Shown here one piece after another: positions 1-8,522 of a DNA stretch of 30,871 bases. Position numbers and translations under genes: made by a program. Where the stretch lies: positions 1 through 30,871 of IMG/VR virus record IMGVR_UViG_3300012948_000013; one strand, given 5' to 3'. Numbering within the stretch: position 1 is the first letter of the stretch; each line of letters starts with the position of its first letter. Source of the DNA: a virus (taxonomy: Duplodnaviria; Caudoviricetes). The notes under the pieces were generated by a model that saw only the letters and a list, made by a program, of their open reading frames with translations, was not told the origin of the DNA and ran no database searches.

Positions 1-2
1 AG

Positions 3-98
3 CAGGGGGCCGCTAATACCGACGCTCTTGATACCGTCCTGGACGCCTTGGATCGCATCATTGACCAGGTGGCTTCCACCTTTATGCCGGAGCCCTAA
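3..98 (+). CDS. 3' end of a hypothetical protein truncated by the window edge
   Basis: Open frame 3..98 (QGAANTDALDTVLDALDRIIDQVASTFMPEP*) stops 4 nt before the ATG of the next gene. Confidence 0.5.
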   Translation, partial: QGAANTDALDTVLDALDRIIDQVASTFMPEP

Positions 99-102
99 GA
101 TC

Positions 103-435
103 ATGCCGCGCACCGCCCGTGTCATCCGACCACGCCTCTCTGAAGCCCAGTTTCTGCGCCAAATCCAGGCCGCGGCGCAGCTACTCGGCTACCACTGCCA
201 CCATCACTGGTTGTCTATACACTCAGCGCCGGGATATCCGGATCTTACATGTGTGCGAGACGGCCGGCTCTTATTCATCGAGGCGAAAACGGCGACGGGG
301 CGGGTGACGGAACACCAGGCTGAGTGGCTCGAGTGGCTCAACCACTCCGCCCCCGGCGTCGAAGCACGTGTGGTGCGCCCGCAAGACTGGGATACGCTCT
401 TGGCGTGGCTTAAAGAGGGGACGCCGTATTCTTAA
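103..435 (+). CDS. VRR-NUC domain PD-(D/E)xK nuclease (putative Holliday junction resolvase)
   Basis: Motifs 'SEAQF', 'GYPDL', 'LLFIEAK..TGRVT..Q..W' are typical of phage VRR-NUC proteins. ATG at 103 has GGAG upstream. Confidence 0.85.
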   Translation: MPRTARVIRPRLSEAQFLRQIQAAAQLLGYHCHHHWLSIHSAPGYPDLTCVRDGRLLFIEAKTATGRVTEHQAEWLEWLNHSAPGVEARVVRPQDWDTLLAWLKEGTPYS

Positions 436-444
436 GGAGGATGC

Positions 445-936
445 ATGAGTGCCTACAAGTCTGCCTTTCTCTTTCGACCAACACCTGTTGAATGCCAGGC
501 CCTGGACGCACTCAAGGCCGTGCGTGAGCAAGCAGGCCGGCATCACTCACCCGGCGATATCTATGCCGCAAGCGTCGCTGATAAGCGCCTCGAAGCGTTT
601 AAGCGCCTCTTTCACGTCAAAGAGCGCCGCGCCGATCATTGCTGCCTGGCGCGCCTCCTCGGGAAAAGGCGCTGCCCCGATCGTCACCCCTATGCGCACG
701 GTAACTCCTGCAACGCCTACAACATCCTCCCCGCCGCTGATCACCTCTCGGAATGGGTCACCGACACACACTCCACGTACATCGTCTCGCAACCCTACGA
801 CTGGTCCTGGGAAACTATGGCCGCTACCGTCGATTGCGCACGCCTCTATCGCTTCCACGTCCGCCTCTTTTCCGACCTGTCCTGGCACTTCCCAGGACGT
901 ACCATCCTCGCCCTCTATGCGCCTGAAGGGGAGTAG
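445..936 (+). CDS. hypothetical protein, Cys/His-rich
   Basis: 163-aa ORF with strong RBS (TAAGGAGG) just before ATG 445. Confidence 0.75.
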   Translation: MSAYKSAFLFRPTPVECQALDALKAVREQAGRHHSPGDIYAASVADKRLEAFKRLFHVKERRADHCCLARLLGKRRCPDRHPYAHGNSCNAYNILPAADHLSEWVTDTHSTYIVSQPYDWSWETMAATVDCARLYRFHVRLFSDLSWHFPGRTILALYAPEGE

Positions 937-944
937 CAAGTAGC

Positions 945-1094
945 ATGAAGCCAGAAGCAAGAATGAAGAAAACTTCTCGCTCCCACCTCCCCGCTTCCCG
1001 CTCCCTCCACCTGCGTATCTTCGCCTCCTTCATCGCACTGGCGCTTATCGCCTGGACTCTCTGCGCCCTCGTTACCTGTCTGGGCGCGCACTGA
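945..1094 (+). CDS. small membrane protein (49 aa; alternative start 963)
   Basis: Manually translated MKPEARMKKTSRSHLPASRSLHLRIFASFIALALIAWTLCALVTCLGAH*; one hydrophobic helix. The N-terminus derives from a heptamer repeat element. Below the ORF-track cutoff. Confidence 0.5.
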   Translation: MKPEARMKKTSRSHLPASRSLHLRIFASFIALALIAWTLCALVTCLGAH

Positions 1095-1151
1095 AAACAA
1101 GGCAAAAGGTATGCTTGCGCCTTGTCAATAACACCGAGAAAGGAGAACATC

Positions 1152-2348
1152 GTGAGTCTCTGCCTCATCCACGGCGATGCCCGATACCTGCCACTTGCCG
1201 ATAACAGCGTGCATTGCTGCATTACCAGCCCGCCGTATTATGGGCTCAGGGATTATGGAGTCAGTGGCCAGATTGGCCTTGAATCCACCCCAGAAGCGTA
1301 TGTTCAAGCGCTCGTGCAGGTGTTCCGCGAGGTGAAGCGCGTGCTCCGCCATGACGGAACGCTATGGTGTGTGCTCGGTGATAGCTATGCTGGGCACAGT
1401 ACACCAGGATGGCAGCCAGGCAATGAGGCGAAAAACCGCGGCCATAGTAATAAAATTGGCGTGGGATATGTCCACAACCTGAAGCCTAAAGACCTCCTCG
1501 GTATCCCCTGGCGCACCGCCCTCGCCCTCGAGGCCGACGGCTGGTACTTGCGCTCTGACATCATCTGGCACAAGCCTAACCCTATGCCCGAATCCGTCAC
1601 CGACCGCCCGACCAAAGCGCACGAGTACGTGTTCCTACTCACAAAGGCGGCGCGGTATTACTACGATGCCGCTGCCATCCACGAGCCGGCGATCATGAAG
1701 CCACAACAGCGCTTTACGGACGGCAAAGGCCCGAAAGGGGCTGGCTACGCGGCCCATAGACAGGCAACCGGCATGACCGCCTGTACTCAGCGCCACGCCC
1801 GCACCGTCTGGACCATCCCCACTACGCCCTATAGCGGCTTACACTTCGCTACCTTCCCGCCCGCCCTGGTGGAGCGCTGCGTCAAAGCGGGCACGTCCGC
1901 GTATGGGTGCTGTACGGCCTGTGGGGCACCGTGGATACCAGCCATAGAGCGGACCCGGTTGCACTATGACGCTGTGACGCCCAAGACCGCCGCACGCATT
2001 GCCCACCATTTCCATGGCGACAGGGTCGGTCTGCACGAGCCAGGATGGCGACAACAATCCCAGCCCACACGACATATTTCCGGCTGGCACCCGACCTGCC
2101 GCTGTGGCGTCTCAGAGACACGCCCCGCCATTGTCCTCGACCCCTTCTGCGGCTCCGGCACTACCCCCCTGGTCGCGCGTGCCCTCGGACGACACGCCAT
2201 CGGCCTCGATCTCTCCTGGCCGTACCTGCACAATCTCGCCCGTCAACGCCTCTCCCTTACCGCCCTTACCGCCTGGATCCTCGGCGCACCACCACGACAC
2301 CACACCTACCACGACCTGCCTCTCTTCCGGGAGCAGCACGAAGCCTAG
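1152..2348 (+). CDS. site-specific DNA methyltransferase, N4-cytosine/N6-adenine, beta class
   Basis: Catalytic motif IV 'TSPPY' near the N-terminus, 'HFATFP', and SAM-binding 'LDPFCGSGTT' near the C-terminus (beta order). GTG start at 1152 after AGGAG. Confidence 0.93.
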   Translation: MSLCLIHGDARYLPLADNSVHCCITSPPYYGLRDYGVSGQIGLESTPEAYVQALVQVFREVKRVLRHDGTLWCVLGDSYAGHSTPGWQPGNEAKNRGHSNKIGVGYVHNLKPKDLLGIPWRTALALEADGWYLRSDIIWHKPNPMPESVTDRPTKAHEYVFLLTKAARYYYDAAAIHEPAIMKPQQRFTDGKGPKGAGYAAHRQATGMTACTQRHARTVWTIPTTPYSGLHFATFPPALVERCVKAGTSAYGCCTACGAPWIPAIERTRLHYDAVTPKTAARIAHHFHGDRVGLHEPGWRQQSQPTRHISGWHPTCRCGVSETRPAIVLDPFCGSGTTPLVARALGRHAIGLDLSWPYLHNLARQRLSLTALTAWILGAPPRHHTYHDLPLFREQHEA

Positions 2349-2372
2349 CAGCACGAAGCCTAGCAGCACGAA
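2332..2372 (+). repeat. 15-bp tandem repeat AGCAGCACGAAGCCT x2.7 over the methyltransferase stop
   Basis: Units at 2332-2346, 2347-2361 and partial 2362-2372. Confidence 0.9.
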
Positions 2373-2468
2373 ACAGGCATACCCTTTTTTCCCATGCGGG
2401 GTCGTGCTATTTTCGATTTTCTCTCCGGGGGAATACCTAAACACCAGACCAGGGGAGAAAACCTGAGC

Positions 2469-2753
2469 ATGGAACCAGTAGCAGACAAATTCACCGATGC
2501 ACACTTTCCCTCCCGCCAACTCGCCCGCAAGGGTATGTACGCCCTCTACGAACAACAAGCAAACCGAGCCGGCCCTCTACGCTATGAAGTCGTGCGACTG
2601 CGTATACGACCCGCACACCCCTGGCCCAATGGTGACACCCCCCCTGAACACGAAGCCTCCCCCGAACCTACTGCCTGGGGTCCCGACGGCTGGCCCTTCC
2701 TTCCCCTCCCTGAAGCCCTACGCACCTTCCCACAACTCGTGCATGGCGCGTGA
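2469..2753 (+). CDS. hypothetical phage protein
   Basis: MEPVADKFTDAHF...; GGGGAG upstream; protein-like motifs 'YALYEQ', 'RYEVVR', 'WG.DGW'. Confidence 0.65.
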   Translation: MEPVADKFTDAHFPSRQLARKGMYALYEQQANRAGPLRYEVVRLRIRPAHPWPNGDTPPEHEASPEPTAWGPDGWPFLPLPEALRTFPQLVHGA

Positions 2754-4107
2754 CACACGACACATATCACCTGCGTCGTAATAGCTCTACGTCACTACGT
2801 ACGTCACTACATAAATGCGGGGGTGAACGTTGAGGGGTTCGGGGGAAATGCTGGTCAACGAGGGGGAGCCCAGGACAGCCAACAACGACGCGGCGAAACG
2901 ACATAAGCATGTCTCACGGCGTATGCGTTTCACGGCCTCGATACTACGCGAGACGCACGTACGTTTGCACATGCAGTTTAAGACATGCTTATCAGCTTTT
3001 AATGCCATGATCCCCAGTATCTACGCGCCTAAACCGTATCGTGCGACGTAACCCGACCTGGCGCACGTCGCCCGTGCGCCGCGCCGTGCGGCGCGCGCGA
3101 CGCCGCGCACGCATCGCGCACGCCGCAGAACACGGGCCTGGCGTGTACGTAGTTCATTTCGTCATAGTACAGGACTGTGAAAAGGGTACGAAAAGGTCTA
3201 TACGATAACTCTACGTCGTTACTGGGGGAAATGACAGTCGCTCACCGAGCGGCATCTCTCTCATTATGAGACACTTTCACGTCGCGCTGTGTCCTATTCG
3301 TACTAATACACTCTCTCATAATGATACACCGTTTCGTGTAGTAACGACGTAGTGTTTACTTAGTACTAGAGCATAGTGTTATACTGCACACCACGTGCGC
3401 GCGTGTAACGACGTAACGTACGACGCGCAAGTCCAGTATCTACGCGGCGAAACGTGTGTGCATTGTTACTTCTGATAAGAGACATTATGTAAACATTCAT
3501 ACTACTAACTATACTATACGGCGCATCGTGAGTATCTACGCCATTATGCGCGTATGTATACGGATATGCGTCGGTGTATATACAACTGTAGGCGTGAATA
3601 TGCTCCTGTGTATATACAACTGTAGACATGCTTCTACGCATATTCTTCTATGTATAATTATCATCATGAGCAAAGACGCCACGAAACGCACGTTCTTAGT
3701 ACGATTCGTCCGTGTTTAAGACATGCTTTAGACGATTTGAGACCTTTTAATCATCTTTTAATACGCGCATCACGTGTAACGACGCGGCGTTTCTCGTGTA
3801 TAACTCGCGTCGTACGTGCGAAAACGTTACTTATAATAATATATTTAGTACTATGCGCGTAGAATATGCGTAAAAGCATACGAGCAGCCTCATCGCCAGT
3901 GTTGGCGTGTCGCGGCGGGCGAGCGTACGTTTACGGCGTACGGGGTGGCGCAAGTGTTTTTGTACGTCTATCATAAGCATGGTTAATAGTTAAAGTGACA
4001 CACAAGATATTTGAGTTAGCGTAGAATTTGCTTGACATCTACAGAGAGCGTTCTACTGTATACGCGCGGTATGTACTAACAGGCACGTATGATATTTGAG
4101 ACAGGGG
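2754..4107. other. long non-coding island with direct and inverted repeats (candidate replication origin or genome end/packaging region)
   Basis: No credible ORF; AT-richer, few GG/CC dinucleotides, many TA/CG/GT steps, several repeated 10-18-bp motifs; strand composition flips across it. Confidence 0.6.
4032..4059 (+). promoter_or_regulatory. putative sigma70-type promoter for the virion operon
   Basis: TTGACA (4032-4037), 16-nt spacer, TACTGT (4054-4059), upstream of the portal operon. Confidence 0.5.
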
Positions 4108-4188
4108 ATGAGCGACGGGTGGAAGGTGGCGGTGCAAATAGCGTTGCTCATCGTGGTGTTATTGGTGATGGGGTTATGTAACGGGTAG
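4108..4188 (+). CDS. 26-aa single-helix membrane peptide
   Basis: MSDGWKVAVQIALLIVVLLVMGLCNG*; purine-rich upstream sequence; stops 4 nt before the portal ATG. Confidence 0.45.
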   Translation: MSDGWKVAVQIALLIVVLLVMGLCNG

Positions 4189-4192
4189 AGCG

Positions 4193-6088
4193 ATGCCGGT
4201 TGAGCAAGCGACAGACCTGCAAAGGGAGCTTGGCGGCGCTATAGCTGAGCAGTGCGTGGCGATTCGCCACCGTCGACGTCTTGTTGAGGAGAGGTGGCTG
4301 AGGTCCAGGCGGGTGTGGATGGGTCTAAATTATGAGGCCCGGTTCACGAGTAGCGATACCTCAGCCGCAGGTTACACCATACCTGCGGCACGTCGAGCCG
4401 CAGAACGGACGATCATTCGGGGCATAAAAATGCTTACGCCGAATGTCAAATGGTTCGAAGTCATGCCGATGGGGGCGGAGGTCGATCAGGTCAAGCTCGA
4501 TAACGTCGACAATTTTATGTGGTATGTGCTGAGGAAGCGTATACGGTCGCGGGCGGTCATTAGTCAGTTAGTACGCTCGATGCTTTTGTACGGCATGTGC
4601 ACGATCAAGACGAGTGTACAGGTGGATAAGGGGCAGGTATGGCCGTATCAGCGGGCGGTAGACCCATTCGCGTTGTACATATTTCCTGAGACGGCGCCTA
4701 CGACAGGGGAAGCGGAAGTTATATTCGAGGATTTCTTATTTTCGTATGAGCGTTATCGGACCTTTGTGGATTTAGGGATTGTGGAGGACGTGAAGCGCGC
4801 AGATTTTGCGAAGCCGGATTGGCCGTATCACCTTGTCGAGCGCATGGCTTATCAGGGCATCACGGACCCCACGGCTGGGGTAGACATAGCGCTGTCTCGG
4901 ACAGCGGAGAAATTAGAGCAGAGTACGCAGGGCTTTGCGAGTATTTCTGAGGTATGGCTAAAGAGGCAGGACCGTCTGTACCAGGTGTATATCTTATGGA
5001 ATCACCGGCAGGGCTCGCGTTGTGTGGGTTTCATTGAATCGCAGTATGACACGCCTCTGTACAGGACTGCGGTGCATCGGGCGATGCCGGGAGAACTGTA
5101 TACCTCGTCGATGATGCAAGACATTGATGAGATGGACAATATTCAGAATGACCAGTTCAACAAGTTTATGGACGCGGTGGACTGGGAAGAGGGCTTTGTG
5201 GCTGTCTCTGATGCGGCCAGGACAAGTCAGCGCTCGGATTCATGGAAGATGAAGGGGCGGGCGAAGTGGGAGGTATCGGACGATCCGCGTCAGGTGTTGC
5301 AGTTTATCTCGCCACCTATTACGTCCACCAATCAACTCAGGGCTTGGCAGATTGAACTGGGCTTAATTAACGCCATGGCCGGGACTGGCACGATAGCTGA
5401 GGGGCAGCCAGGCAGGAACATGCCCAGGGCAGGACAGGCGGTCAATAATCTCATTACGCTGGGCATGTCTGACATACAGGACGTCGCAGAATTAATCGAG
5501 CAAGAAGTGCTCACGCCATCGCTTTCTGACATCTACAAAGTCTCCTCACAGTTCATCCCGCAAGATCAATTGATGGCCATACCGGGCGGTCAGGGGCTCT
5601 TTGGCAACATTTTAAAGCCGCAGGACTTAATAGGGGATTATGAGTTTGAGTGGGTGGGGGCACTCCAGTTTCAGGACGAGCAGCAGCGGGCGCAGCAGTT
5701 ACTGATGTTTCTCAATATGGTGCCACAGTTAGCGCCTTTGCTTGGGCAACAGGGGTATCAGTTCAACCTGGTGGAATTACTCAAGATGATCTGGAGATAC
5801 GGCCTTGGAGAGAGGGGGTTGCTCGAAGTGGTGACGCCTCTGCCGCCACCGCCTCCAGGGATGCCCGGCATGGGTGGCGCCCCTCCAGGAATGCCGGGCA
5901 TGGGGCAACCACCAGGGATGCCCCAAGGGGCTCCAGGAGGGCCCCCAGGTGGTCCTGGCTCTCCAGGGATGCCACCAGGCGGACCGGGGGGGACGCCTCG
6001 CCCTGGGCCTCAAGGAGCACCACCAGGGCCTGCGGTGCCTGGACTGGCTCCACGGCTGCCCTCTGTAGCGAATGGCATGAGAAGGTAG
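4193..6088 (+). CDS. portal protein (podovirus-type) with Pro/Gly-rich C-terminal tail
   Basis: 631 aa; first large gene of the head module; portal-like segments 'WFEV.P', 'LLYG...IK', 'RAVDPF.LY..P'; followed by scaffold and capsid. Confidence 0.85.
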   Translation: MPVEQATDLQRELGGAIAEQCVAIRHRRRLVEERWLRSRRVWMGLNYEARFTSSDTSAAGYTIPAARRAAERTIIRGIKMLTPNVKWFEVMPMGAEVDQVKLDNVDNFMWYVLRKRIRSRAVISQLVRSMLLYGMCTIKTSVQVDKGQVWPYQRAVDPFALYIFPETAPTTGEAEVIFEDFLFSYERYRTFVDLGIVEDVKRADFAKPDWPYHLVERMAYQGITDPTAGVDIALSRTAEKLEQSTQGFASISEVWLKRQDRLYQVYILWNHRQGSRCVGFIESQYDTPLYRTAVHRAMPGELYTSSMMQDIDEMDNIQNDQFNKFMDAVDWEEGFVAVSDAARTSQRSDSWKMKGRAKWEVSDDPRQVLQFISPPITSTNQLRAWQIELGLINAMAGTGTIAEGQPGRNMPRAGQAVNNLITLGMSDIQDVAELIEQEVLTPSLSDIYKVSSQFIPQDQLMAIPGGQGLFGNILKPQDLIGDYEFEWVGALQFQDEQQRAQQLLMFLNMVPQLAPLLGQQGYQFNLVELLKMIWRYGLGERGLLEVVTPLPPPPPGMPGMGGAPPGMPGMGQPPGMPQGAPGGPPGGPGSPGMPPGGPGGTPRPGPQGAPPGPAVPGLAPRLPSVANGMRR

Positions 6089-6092
6089 GGCT

Positions 6093-6386
6093 ATGGATCA
6101 GCGTATACATGACGTACTCAAGGAGTTTCCGGGTGAGGAGGCGCCGTTTCAGGCGCGCATGTTTGCCGAGCCCATTACCAATCTGGCGCTGGCGGTAGCG
6201 CAGCAGTTGGACAGTGATAATGGCGCGGCCCTGGCGCTGACGGTGGCGGGATTACAGGCCTTACATGCGGCGCTGACGTATTTTGTCGAGGCCAAAGAGT
6301 TGCTCATGATGGATATGCCCTCGGTGCCCGCCTTAGTGGATCATATAGAGGCGAAGGTCGAGGAGCGTGAAGAGGAGTTTATCTAG
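6093..6386 (+). CDS. hypothetical protein (small helical protein after the portal)
   Basis: 97-aa ORF starting just after the portal stop. Confidence 0.7.
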   Translation: MDQRIHDVLKEFPGEEAPFQARMFAEPITNLALAVAQQLDSDNGAALALTVAGLQALHAALTYFVEAKELLMMDMPSVPALVDHIEAKVEEREEEFI

Positions 6387-6387
6387 T

Positions 6388-6463
6388 GGAGAAGCAGGCA
6401 GCAGGGAGCAAGAAGCATGAAGTTGGGATTCCCATTCCTGCTACTTGCTCCGTGCTACTCGCT
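6388..6463. repeat. family-A inverted heptamer element (intergenic)
   Basis: GGAGAAGCAGGCAGCAGGGAGCAAGAAGCAT, core GAAGTTGGGATTCCCATTC, then a CTGCTAC/TTGCTCC arm. Confidence 0.85.
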
Positions 6464-6489
6464 ACATCACGACCGAAGGGAGTGATCCA
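6464..6489 (+). promoter_or_regulatory. conserved GA-GAA-GA hairpin before a start codon (copy 1)
   Basis: ATCAC-GA-CC-GAA-GG-GA-GTGAT-CCA-GTG(6490); contains GGGAG as a Shine-Dalgarno. Confidence 0.75.
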
Positions 6490-7035
6490 GTGGCTGAAGA
6501 GCAGGAGGCCGATCAACTGGCCAAGGTGCAGGAGTATATCCGCGGCGAGGTAAATCAGTATCTGCAGCAGACGGCCGCAAATATGCCGGTACAGCAACCA
6601 ACGATGACACCGCAACAGGCGGCCTATAACCAGGTCGGGCAGTATATCAATCACTTTACCCAACCGGGCATTCAGTATGCTCAGCATGTGGCGGCAGACG
6701 CCAAAGACTACAGCGATTTTTATGCCCGCCATCCCGAGGCCAGGGAGTATCAAGACCAGATCGAACAGACGTTTCAGGTGCTGGCGGCCAATAATCGCCC
6801 GACGGTGCGCGACGATTGCTACCGCTACGTGCGCGGGCGCGAACTGGAAGCCGATCCGCAGGCGTTTCTCACCAAGGAGAGGCAGAGGCAAGAGCGCGCC
6901 TTAGAACGCGCCAACTATGCTGGCGATATGGGCGCCGGGAGTGTCGGGAAGGAAAAGGCCGACGCGCTGTTTGCAAATTTCGATCAGCTCAGTTTGGAAG
7001 ACATGGAGAAACGGCTGGAAGGGATTACGTTTTAG
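6490..7035 (+). CDS. putative capsid scaffolding protein
   Basis: Helical and Q/E-rich, lying between portal and capsid; C-terminus 'FDQLSLEDMEKRL'; GTG start at 6490 after GGGAG. Confidence 0.7.
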   Translation: MAEEQEADQLAKVQEYIRGEVNQYLQQTAANMPVQQPTMTPQQAAYNQVGQYINHFTQPGIQYAQHVAADAKDYSDFYARHPEAREYQDQIEQTFQVLAANNRPTVRDDCYRYVRGRELEADPQAFLTKERQRQERALERANYAGDMGAGSVGKEKADALFANFDQLSLEDMEKRLEGITF

Positions 7036-7180
7036 GGCGTTGCACGTGGATGAAGGCGTGATTGTGTAGGGCAAGCTGGAAAAGGACAGCCTATGAGACA
7101 TTGGAGCAGCCAGATGTAAACCCTGGAAAAACTGAAAAGGATACAATACAATTAACCTTAAATTTCTCATAGGTGATTGA

Positions 7181-8479
7181 ATGCCCGACGCTTACTCGAC
7201 CTTTGCGGCTCTTGCAAATGACGCCCCAAATGTCTATATCACGGCCAAAATGATCGAATTGCTCAATCGTATCCTCGTCCTTGATAAGCTGGCGGACTCC
7301 TACCCGCTTGAGCAGAAGAACTCTAAGACGCTGCGCGTTGTACGTGTCGAACGTCTATCCTTGCCAACCACGCAATTAGTTGAAGGGGTGACGCCGTTTA
7401 CTAATGCGCTCACCCTGACCAACGTGGATGTAGTCACGGAACAATGGGGAATAGTTGCATTACTCACGGACGTAGTTGAATTAACAGTGCGCCATCCGAT
7501 GTTGAACATCGCCGTAGAGCGCGTGTCGATGGCCATGAAAGAAGCGGCCGAGCGTGAAGACGCCCAGGTGCTCATGGCCGGTACCAATGTCACATATCCG
7601 GGCGCCAATGTGGCGCGCTCGACACTCGCCTCGACAGATGTGTTTTCTACTGCCCTGGCCATTACCATCAACGCCAAGTTGGAGATGCGCGGGGCGCCGA
7701 AGTATATGCCAGATGGGCAGTATATGGGCGTCTTTCAGCCACCGCATAAGGCCGCTGTGCTGGCGTCCGATCAGACGTTTCAGCAAGCCAGCAATTTCGC
7801 GCGTGTGGCCAAGTTGGAATATGGCTATGTCGGGCCGTGGATGGGCATTGACTGGATTCTCGGCAACTTTCTGCCCATGTATGTGGGCGTGGTGGCACCC
7901 GATGGTGCAGCCATAACCGCCTTAAAGGGCCAATATACCGCCTCCACCACGGGTGGATCGCTGGCCTCTGGCAACTATCAGATAAAGATTGTGGCGCGCG
8001 AGGTGACCACCAACTATGAGCGCCGCATCTCGCAGCAAACCGCCAACATTGCGGTGACTGGCCCCACTGGCTCCATTGCCGTGGTTCTGCCGTCTTCCAC
8101 CAATTACGTCTATGACATCTACATGACTTTAGTGAACGGCGCTACGGCCTATAGAGTGGCCACTCTGCAAGCGGCCTCGTCTACCTTCACCATTCAAACG
8201 GCCCCGGCTGGCACCGAAGCCGTTGCCCCGGTCTCCCCGGCTACCGGCGTCAGTGTCTATCCCGGCTTTGTGTGTGGTCGCGGGGCCTTTGGGACCGCAG
8301 TCCTCAACGGCATGAGCCTGCAAACCTTCGTCACGCCTAAAGGCCCTTCTGACTCTGACCCCCTGGTACAGCGCCGCAAGGTGGGCGCCAAATTCATGCG
8401 TAAATCGTTCATCCTCGACAATGCATTCTTAGAGCGCTTTGAAACATCTAGTGCCCTAGCGGCCACCATTCCCGCATAG
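7181..8479 (+). CDS. major capsid protein, N4-gp56-like family
   Basis: 'L.EGVTP....LT...V.V...QWG....LTDV', 'G.SDSDPL.QRRKVG.K' and 'IL...FL.R.E' motifs match N4-gp56-type capsids; position after the scaffold. Confidence 0.92.
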   Translation: MPDAYSTFAALANDAPNVYITAKMIELLNRILVLDKLADSYPLEQKNSKTLRVVRVERLSLPTTQLVEGVTPFTNALTLTNVDVVTEQWGIVALLTDVVELTVRHPMLNIAVERVSMAMKEAAEREDAQVLMAGTNVTYPGANVARSTLASTDVFSTALAITINAKLEMRGAPKYMPDGQYMGVFQPPHKAAVLASDQTFQQASNFARVAKLEYGYVGPWMGIDWILGNFLPMYVGVVAPDGAAITALKGQYTASTTGGSLASGNYQIKIVAREVTTNYERRISQQTANIAVTGPTGSIAVVLPSSTNYVYDIYMTLVNGATAYRVATLQAASSTFTIQTAPAGTEAVAPVSPATGVSVYPGFVCGRGAFGTAVLNGMSLQTFVTPKGPSDSDPLVQRRKVGAKFMRKSFILDNAFLERFETSSALAATIPA

Positions 8480-8486
8480 CGGGAAT

Positions 8487-8521
8487 GGAGAAGCAAGAAG
8501 CTTAGAAGCAAGGAGCAAGAA
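8487..8521 (+). repeat. family-A half element (purine arm) supplying the RBS of the next ORF
   Basis: GGAGAAGCAAGAAGCTTAGAAGCAAGGAGCAAGAA-T-ATG(8523). Confidence 0.75.
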
Positions 8522-8522
8522 T

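Noticed and set aside
2787-3862. Short ORFs within the island (2787, 2830, 3366, 3456, 3650)
   Set aside because: Atypical composition (R/T/Y/V/C/I-rich), no clear RBS and mutual overlap; they reflect the alternating dinucleotide pattern.
2903-3984. AGACATGCTT resembles a eukaryotic p53 half-site
   Set aside because: Context is a bacteriophage, so the resemblance is coincidental; the motif is kept only as a repeat.
5836-6070. Collagen-like or separate gene in the portal C-terminus
   Set aside because: No sustained Gly-X-Y period; Pro/Gly/Met tails are common on portals of such phages.
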